Shown here one piece after another: positions 57,707 to 64,000 of a DNA stretch of 64,000 nucleotides (position 1 is the first letter of the stretch; the number at the start of each line of letters is the position of its first letter). A model generated the notes under the pieces. That model was not told where the DNA came from and searched no databases. It worked only from the letters and a program-made list of their open reading frames with translations. Both the position numbers and the translations under genes were made by a program. Source of the DNA: Perkinsela sp. CCAP 1560/9 (lineage: Eukaryota; Protista; Euglenozoa: Kinetoplastea). The stretch is from positions 1,054,001-1,118,000 of the forward strand of contig CBFFSA010000002.1 in NCBI GenBank assembly GCA_965644495.1, written 5' to 3'.

Positions 57707-59055
57707 AAGAATTATTCAGTTTTTAGCTGTTTTTCAGTCAATATTAGCACTATATGCCCCAGCAACGGATTCGTTCCCGAACCTCACGTGGTGTACTCAG
57801 CGGCCGGTCCTATTCCTCGCCCGCACGGGTGATACCAAGTCACCGTATGCTTCTTGTCTCAGATTATCTTGAGACAGGGTCGTATTCTCGGACAGCCCAA
57901 AAACTCGTATTCTCGGACAGCCCAAGAATCGGGCTGAATTAGTATCGGCCATTGAGATAGAGTTCGAAAGATTACAATCCGAACGCAAGCAAGAGTGTAT
58001 TAACACAATGAGCAGTTTCCGCAGGCGTTGCCGCATTCCGCAGGGCTAGTTACCTTATCGCAACCACTTGGCCAAGCCTCATGCGCCATAACGGTTTTCC
58101 ACTTTCTGTAAGACCACCCCTGGGGAGTCGATACGTATTTCTTAGCATGAAAAGCGAATTTGTTTTAAAAATACATTCAACTTATATATATTTTTCGAAA
58201 TGACCTAAAGACATACATCTCCGCAGTACGGTACTTCGTACTAAACGTAGTACGGACCCCGTATTTCGTACTAGTACGTACTAAGTACCGTACTGCTGCG
58301 AATGAGTGCTCATGAGAGCATGCATGCTGGGTACTATTCGTGTGGCGTAAAGTTCGGCTTCCCTTCACACGACATAGCCATTTGAACAGCGTCAAGTTTC
58401 TCCTTATCAATTCGAAGATCGCAGTGCTTACGATGTTGATAATGATTACGAGTTATAGTTTTTTTTATGAGTCTTGCAATGAGATTCAAAATGGCAGCCA
58501 GGGGCCATGCATTTGTAATGACATTCATGCCCCATACCGCCAACGGGCATTGCATCATGGTCGTGATGACAATTTGCCGAGCAACGTACGACAGCAAAAA
58601 GGGGAACCGCCCCCTCTCGCATTAGAACGCTAAGCGGCGTTGCGTGATGAGTGCGAGAGACAGTTCTTTCGGGAGTTACCTCGCTTCCATCCTGTTCACC
58701 TCGGCCTGATTTCCTAGACATGGTGCTGGAGAAAAGTGAATGAAAATTCAAAAGAAAATGCTATAAGTAACGGAAGAATAAATTATTTTAAGTAATGCGA
58801 TCCCAACATTGTTTTCCAGTGAAAAAGATGAGCTTTTCTTTAATTGAAATTCGTAGTCAAGGTCCCACTTTGGCATAAAATATTTTTCAAAATGTATGAA
58901 GTACGTACTATCCGTACTAAGGAGATGTATGTAAAGACAACGGGAACGTACAGATCTCAAAATTTTGCACGATAAAGTGGTGCGATAACCCCCCTAGCCC
59001 CCCTCGTGCGAAAAATAAGGGTGGGTGCCTTTTTGATGCGGGGGGGTTTAAAACC

Positions 59056-59935
59056 ATGCAAATTTATACAGATGGTTCTGTATTGCCGATGGAGGGCACG
59101 AATGAAATTCGAAGTGGTATCGGAGTTGTGGTGTTAAAGCCCAGGCTTAAACCTGTACGAATATCTGTACCTCTAGACTCTGAGACAATTGAGCGAGTCG
59201 AAATAATAGTCTTTCAGCAGGCCTTATTTTGTTTGACCTCCACGTCTCCCACCCTCGTACAGCAATCAAACGTATTTAATACTGTTAACGGGGTGGGAGC
59301 GGAGGTGCTGGACAATACGGGCCTGGATGCGTGCGGATTGGTGAGTGGGGTAGGGAGTGAAGGAAGGGAAGCATGAGAGGGTTAAGGAGATTACTACCCC
59401 AGCCGAGACACTCCGAAGTACACCCATGACAAATGACGAAGTTCAAGCGAAGATACTCGAAATATCACCAGCGTTGGAAACGAATGAACACAAGATACAG
59501 TAAGGGTGGACTGGTATGCAGAGACAGTAGGACCAACACAGCAAGTTTCAGTTCCCCGCCGCCGCGCACGCCGAGCCCCCCTATCACGCAACAATCCCAC
59601 CCTCCTTCGCCTCTGCCGCCACCTCTGCCGTTGCCTATACCACCACATGCTCTCGACACTCCCGAACTATGCCGGCAAGAAGGCAAGGGGTCAAGGAACA
59701 CTGCTTTTGGCAGTGTCGGGGCGTGGCGAACCCAACCCTCCTAGCTAATACAGCTTCCCGCAGCGGACTTTAAGTCTGCGCGTTAGCTGGATTAAGAGAC
59801 CTTTCATCGGCTCTGCGCTGCAATCCTTTTTAGGTCTGCGCGCGAGCCGTATAGGTTGGAGCTACCTCGGCTCTCTCCGAGGAGGATACACCCCGTTTGT
59901 GGGGTCTTTACCTATGACAGCATCATCATCGTCAA
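59056..59935 (+). mobile_element. RNase H-bearing (Ingi-like) LINE relic
   Basis: IYTDGS..SGIGVVV RNase H start. Structured 3' region ending in (CAT)n. Confidence 0.45.
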
Positions 59936-60115
59936 AAAAGAATTATAAATTCAAAAAACTTATAATTTATACATATAATTCCTTATGGAGGGGAGAGTAT
60001 TCTCATCTATTATTCGTAAAAGTATTGTACGTTCTTCGTTCAATCCCATCATAAAATTGCTCAACTCCTGAGGTACTGAATATCTAGGGGTGATAGTTTT
60101 CGGGGCACTGTATTC

Positions 60116-60490
60116 TACTTTGGTTTCAATTGAATTCCCCCCCCCCCCCCCCCCCCCGCGGAATTTTGAGTTTTTTGTCAGCTTTTTCTCATTTTTACAA
60201 ACGAGAGATCTCGTTCCCCTAGTGAAGCGCTTTGGCACCTTTTTTTCATAGAGACCCCATAGTGCTCATATGGTGACCCGAAAAACAGCCAAAACAAGAT
60301 TTTTGATAAATACGAACCTTGGAAGGAAGCCCAAAACCATGTGTTTTGGACCCAGGGGGCCCCTACAAAAAAAGGGCAGCAAAGCGCTTCACCAGAGAAA
60401 CGAGATCTATCCAGTGCTGCGAAAATGAGCAAAAACAGATAAAAAAACTCAAAATTCCGCGGGGGGGGGAGATACCTTGAAACCACTGTA
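60116..60490. mobile_element. MITE of the CAGTGGTTTCA family
   Basis: Long inverted arms homologous to 32717-32880 and 38090-38234. Confidence 0.75.
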
Positions 60491-60646
60491 CTTTGTGCCG
60501 CACCCTACCGCACCCGGACGCACCCGCTCGCACCGAGCCCAGACCACCCCTCTTATTATGAATCATGGTTCTGCACATTAATTTTATATAAGCATTGTAT
60601 TTTTTAAATTCATTAGTACTTGTTTATTGCTCTTTTCACCTTTTAA

Positions 60647-61559
60647 TGACGTGCACTGGGTGCGGTGGGTTCTCGTGCCGTTCGAAACTTACGATCAGAA
60701 GAATTTCTTCCTGGAGTGAGAATCAATGTCTGGACTGGATGAAAAACCACTCTAGTGGCGCAGAAAGTTATTTGGTACAAAAAAAATCACCGAGCTCCGC
60801 ACACCATGGCATTAGTGGGGAATAAATGGGTCTGCACCAAGCAATGTAAAGGGAGGTACGGACCTATGGGGCCGCTGTTGCCCAGCAAGAGCCAGCGAAG
60901 CGCTGAACAGACTCTCCTGTACATCGTTTTGTACTCTAGGGGTGGGCGCCATGCATCTTCAGTGGCGGAAACGGAGTTAAGCGAAAAAACGGTGATCAAA
61001 TTGCGTCAATGGCTGGATTCCCTCATGGCCACAGCGCATGTACGCCGACGAGTTCGACTGCGATCCAAGGTGACCACAATGCAATACGATGAAACTTTTT
61101 TTTTCTGTCCGAAAGAGGGGCGGCTGCCATCGAGCAAAACGTGTTCACCAAGATGATAATCAAATTGCTCAGACGATAGCGGTCACGACGAGGGACAACA
61201 CATTATCTGAAATTCTCATGGAATCTGTTCCAAATCGAGCATCTCAGAGTCTTCTTCCGAACATCCAGACTCTAGCTTCGGGGAATCGTACAAAAATTTG
61301 GACCGATGTTGCCCGCCATAATTTGTCTCTCCGCGGCAAATATAAGTGGGAAAGTGTAAACCACAAGAGACAGTGGGTTACGAATGATGGTGTGCACACT
61401 AATACTGTGGAGTGCGCTAACTCCATGGTTAAGAAGCGACTAAAGCGGGACGGCAATGTTCTAGGCCGGAAGTTGGAAAAGAGGGGGGATCGAATACAAG
61501 CATACGCAGAGGTATGCACCGGAAGTTTGAAGGAGCACTGCGTATGCCTCCATTTGTAA
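60647..61559 (+). mobile_element. Merlin/IS1595-family transposase, frameshifted
   Basis: WVCTKQC finger, QYDETFF, IWTD, VNHKRQWV..GVHTNTVE. Frameshifts fall at homopolymer runs. Confidence 0.8.
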
Positions 61560-61876
61560 GAAGTAATCAAGTTTAAGTGGAGAAAAGTTTAAAGTGTAAG
61601 CAAAAAGGGACGTAAAATTTTGAAAATTCATAAATTTGCGAATATTGGTTCAGTTTAACCGTATTCCAGAAAGAAAAGTAGCTCGCAACCTTTACAACTC
61701 AAAGTGAACGGTTTCACTACTTTAGTTGCAATAGTTTCGTGTTAACAATAGTTTCTTAACGACGGTTAACAATAGTTCTTCCCATTTTCAACCAGCTTAC
61801 ATCGTATGGAAGACCGAACTGCACTACGCCGTATCTTCTGTACCCTTGGACACGACCTCCTGCCCTTGATTGCTCT

Positions 61877-63340
61877 TTATAAACAGATCCAATCCTCCTG
61901 GGGCAGCGCTCTCCGCTGTTCACGGTAATCGACATCCGTGTCCTCCAGCTCCCGATCGTACTGCCCCTGAAACTGTTGAAACTCCGGTGCGAAGATCCGA
62001 CCCCCGATCATCTCGTGGATTTGATCCAACGAGGTCTTATCAAGATATCGTGGGGGGAGGAACAACACACGAAGGTGGACATTCTCCGGGGAACACCCCA
62101 TGAGATGAGACACTCGCCGCGCAATCCCCTCCCGCTCTCGGAGCTGGGGAATTTGCACTTGGCGCTCATAGGGGTTCGGGGAAGCGATAAGAACCAGTGT
62201 GGCAAGAAACTGAAGATCTCGAGAGGCTTCGGGAAGATATTTTGGAGGTGGAGGTAATGGTGAAGTGGAAGAGACGGAGAAATCAGGGCTACCGTTTGGT
62301 AAAGAAGCGCTCCCAGCTTCTGTATCTTTTTGTACAATGTGGAGAAAACGTGTAAGGGAGGGACTGTAACGCGTCGAGGGGCTGGGAGTTGCATACAACA
62401 CTTCACGCGCGTTTTGGAACAATATCCCGTCCGTTGGGGAATCGATGTCCACCGAGAAAAGCGTGAAAGGCCGACTTTCCGAGGTATTAGTAACTTCTGA
62501 ACCATTTCCACTCTCATTTCCTGCCCCATCCGCCACTCCTTTCCTCAGCGTGGTGTTATATTTCGACCGGAGGTTCAACCGGAGATACCGAGCCAGAGCT
62601 CGGGCATATCCCCCGCCAGTTTCCCCCGACTTAGGTTCATACCCCAGAAAAGCATAATAAATATCCATTTCCGGAAGATTCGTCAACAAAAACTCTGCGG
62701 CTGACCGAAATGGATTACTTCGGTCCCATATCACCTCTCCACTCGACTCCTCACGGCGAATCACATTCCGGAACGCCTCATTAAACGAATTCATGCGAAT
62801 CAAACCATACAAACAACACAGTCGGTCAAGTAAAAACGCATCATCTGCTCCGGATGCTTCTAAACGGGTCCATGCTGCTTTAACTTGTCTTGCCATATCC
62901 ACCTCCCCATTCCACCGCAGTTCTGTGAGTTTTTCCTGAATTTCTTCTCTCCCCATTTGTGAAAATTCTTCTCGACCTTTTGCCGGGAATAATCCTAAGC
63001 TCTGATTCAGCAGCTTCACATCATCCAATGATCTCTCTCTGCGAGCGGTGTGCGCGGCCCACGACTCACGTAGCATGTCCAGCTGCTCTAGCCACGGTTC
63101 CCTCTCCTCCTGCTCGCTCATCAGGCTAGGGGAGAGTCGAAACATCCAGCGGGATTGGCGCCAACGCCCGAGGTGGTCCTCGAGGTGTTCTAATAATGGT
63201 ACAATGGCCTCCGTGAAGGCACGGAAATTCGAACAGTGGGCTTTTGGGGTTTGGTAGCGTTGAACCGCCTCGGTATGGGTGAGGGGGAGAACAGCAAAGG
63301 ATGCAAAGAGACGACGTGGGGTAAGGAAGAGAGATTTCAT
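61877..63340 (-). CDS. Hypothetical protein, probably mitochondrial
   Basis: 487-aa ORF with presequence-like N-terminus MKSLFLTPRRLFASF. Confidence 0.7.
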   Translation of the reverse strand: MKSLFLTPRRLFASFAVLPLTHTEAVQRYQTPKAHCSNFRAFTEAIVPLLEHLEDHLGRWRQSRWMFRLSPSLMSEQEEREPWLEQLDMLRESWAAHTARRERSLDDVKLLNQSLGLFPAKGREEFSQMGREEIQEKLTELRWNGEVDMARQVKAAWTRLEASGADDAFLLDRLCCLYGLIRMNSFNEAFRNVIRREESSGEVIWDRSNPFRSAAEFLLTNLPEMDIYYAFLGYEPKSGETGGGYARALARYLRLNLRSKYNTTLRKGVADGAGNESGNGSEVTNTSESRPFTLFSVDIDSPTDGILFQNAREVLYATPSPSTRYSPSLTRFLHIVQKDTEAGSASLPNGSPDFSVSSTSPLPPPPKYLPEASRDLQFLATLVLIASPNPYERQVQIPQLREREGIARRVSHLMGCSPENVHLRVLFLPPRYLDKTSLDQIHEMIGGRIFAPEFQQFQGQYDRELEDTDVDYREQRRALPQEDWICL

Positions 63341-63424
63341 GTAAAGGAGACGAAAAAATTCAGAGTTTACGGAAAGTTTAAAACTTTCAAAAAAGTAGTT
63401 AAAAGTATTTTATTAACCTATTTA

Positions 63425-63519
63425 GGCTCTTCGTTAAACGCGGTGGTTGTTTTCAACTTAGAAGTCACTCATGCTGCGAGCTTCGCGTTGAAAACTACCA
63501 CCGCGTTTAACGAAGAGCC
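63425..63519. mobile_element. 95-bp palindromic MITE (copy of 6001-6095)
   Basis: Same TIR, TA flanks. Confidence 0.8.
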
Positions 63520-64000
63520 TAAAAAAGAAATTCGGCCTGGAAAGCTAAAGAAAACACAAAGATTACAGCCAAAATTAGCCGATTTTCGGGCAAAAATGGG
63601 GTGATTTTTGCGTATTTTTGCTCTCAGAGGGCTAAATCCGACATTTGCGTGCGGGAAAGCACTCGTAGGCGTGAACGAAAGCCTACTGAACGTATTGGGT
63701 AGAGAATGCGACTCCAACCATACCATTCTTTCGACATAAAAAGATCCCTTTGGGTCCGAAAATTACTTTTTCGCACTTTTTTGGTCAAAAATGGGCCATT
63801 TTGGGATGCGTGCCACGGCTAGAAGAAGGGGTATCTGCCGAAAACGACGGTGTAGAAGGCTAGTATAGGTCCCAAACTCTCAAAATACAATAGGGGAAAC
63901 GATTTTGGAAAAATATTTTTTTTACCATTTTTTTCGCCAAGTTGAATTTTTTTTCAATTTTTTTTTCCGAAAAAATCCGAACTTGGCGGACCCGTCCTGC

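Overview
Eukaryotic, intronless DNA from a kinetoplastid, most plausibly a Perkinsela-like prokinetoplastid (inference). The evidence is an RNA-editing ligase, spliced-leader (SL) sequences, and nearly all host genes on the minus strand as one directional cluster. Housekeeping genes: Pam16-like, KREL, RbfA-like, PCF11-like, Snu114/EFTUD2 and three hypotheticals. They sit among about 16 copies or relics of one LRR gene family and many mobile elements: CRE- and HERO/NeSL-type non-LTR retrotransposons, Tc1/mariner, hAT-like, Merlin, a CACTA-like element and MITEs. The main discovery is a ~570-nt non-coding element in two copies that differ at about 8 sites (11642-12217; 21849-22409 plus 26262-26283). 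Its head is an SL RNA (exon, GT donor, intron stem-loops). Its tail is the hairpin TCTCTGC-loop-GYATGATAAA, which also ends two RLE-type LINEs in this window. It is therefore a candidate SL-RNA-derived SINE with its partner LINE family. One copy appears to have been hit in its SL exon by a CRE retrotransposon. Also found: SL-capped mRNA 5' fragments pasted into DNA, and a 5.5-kb TIR-bounded element carrying an intact LRR gene. All calls are by eye; no searches were run.
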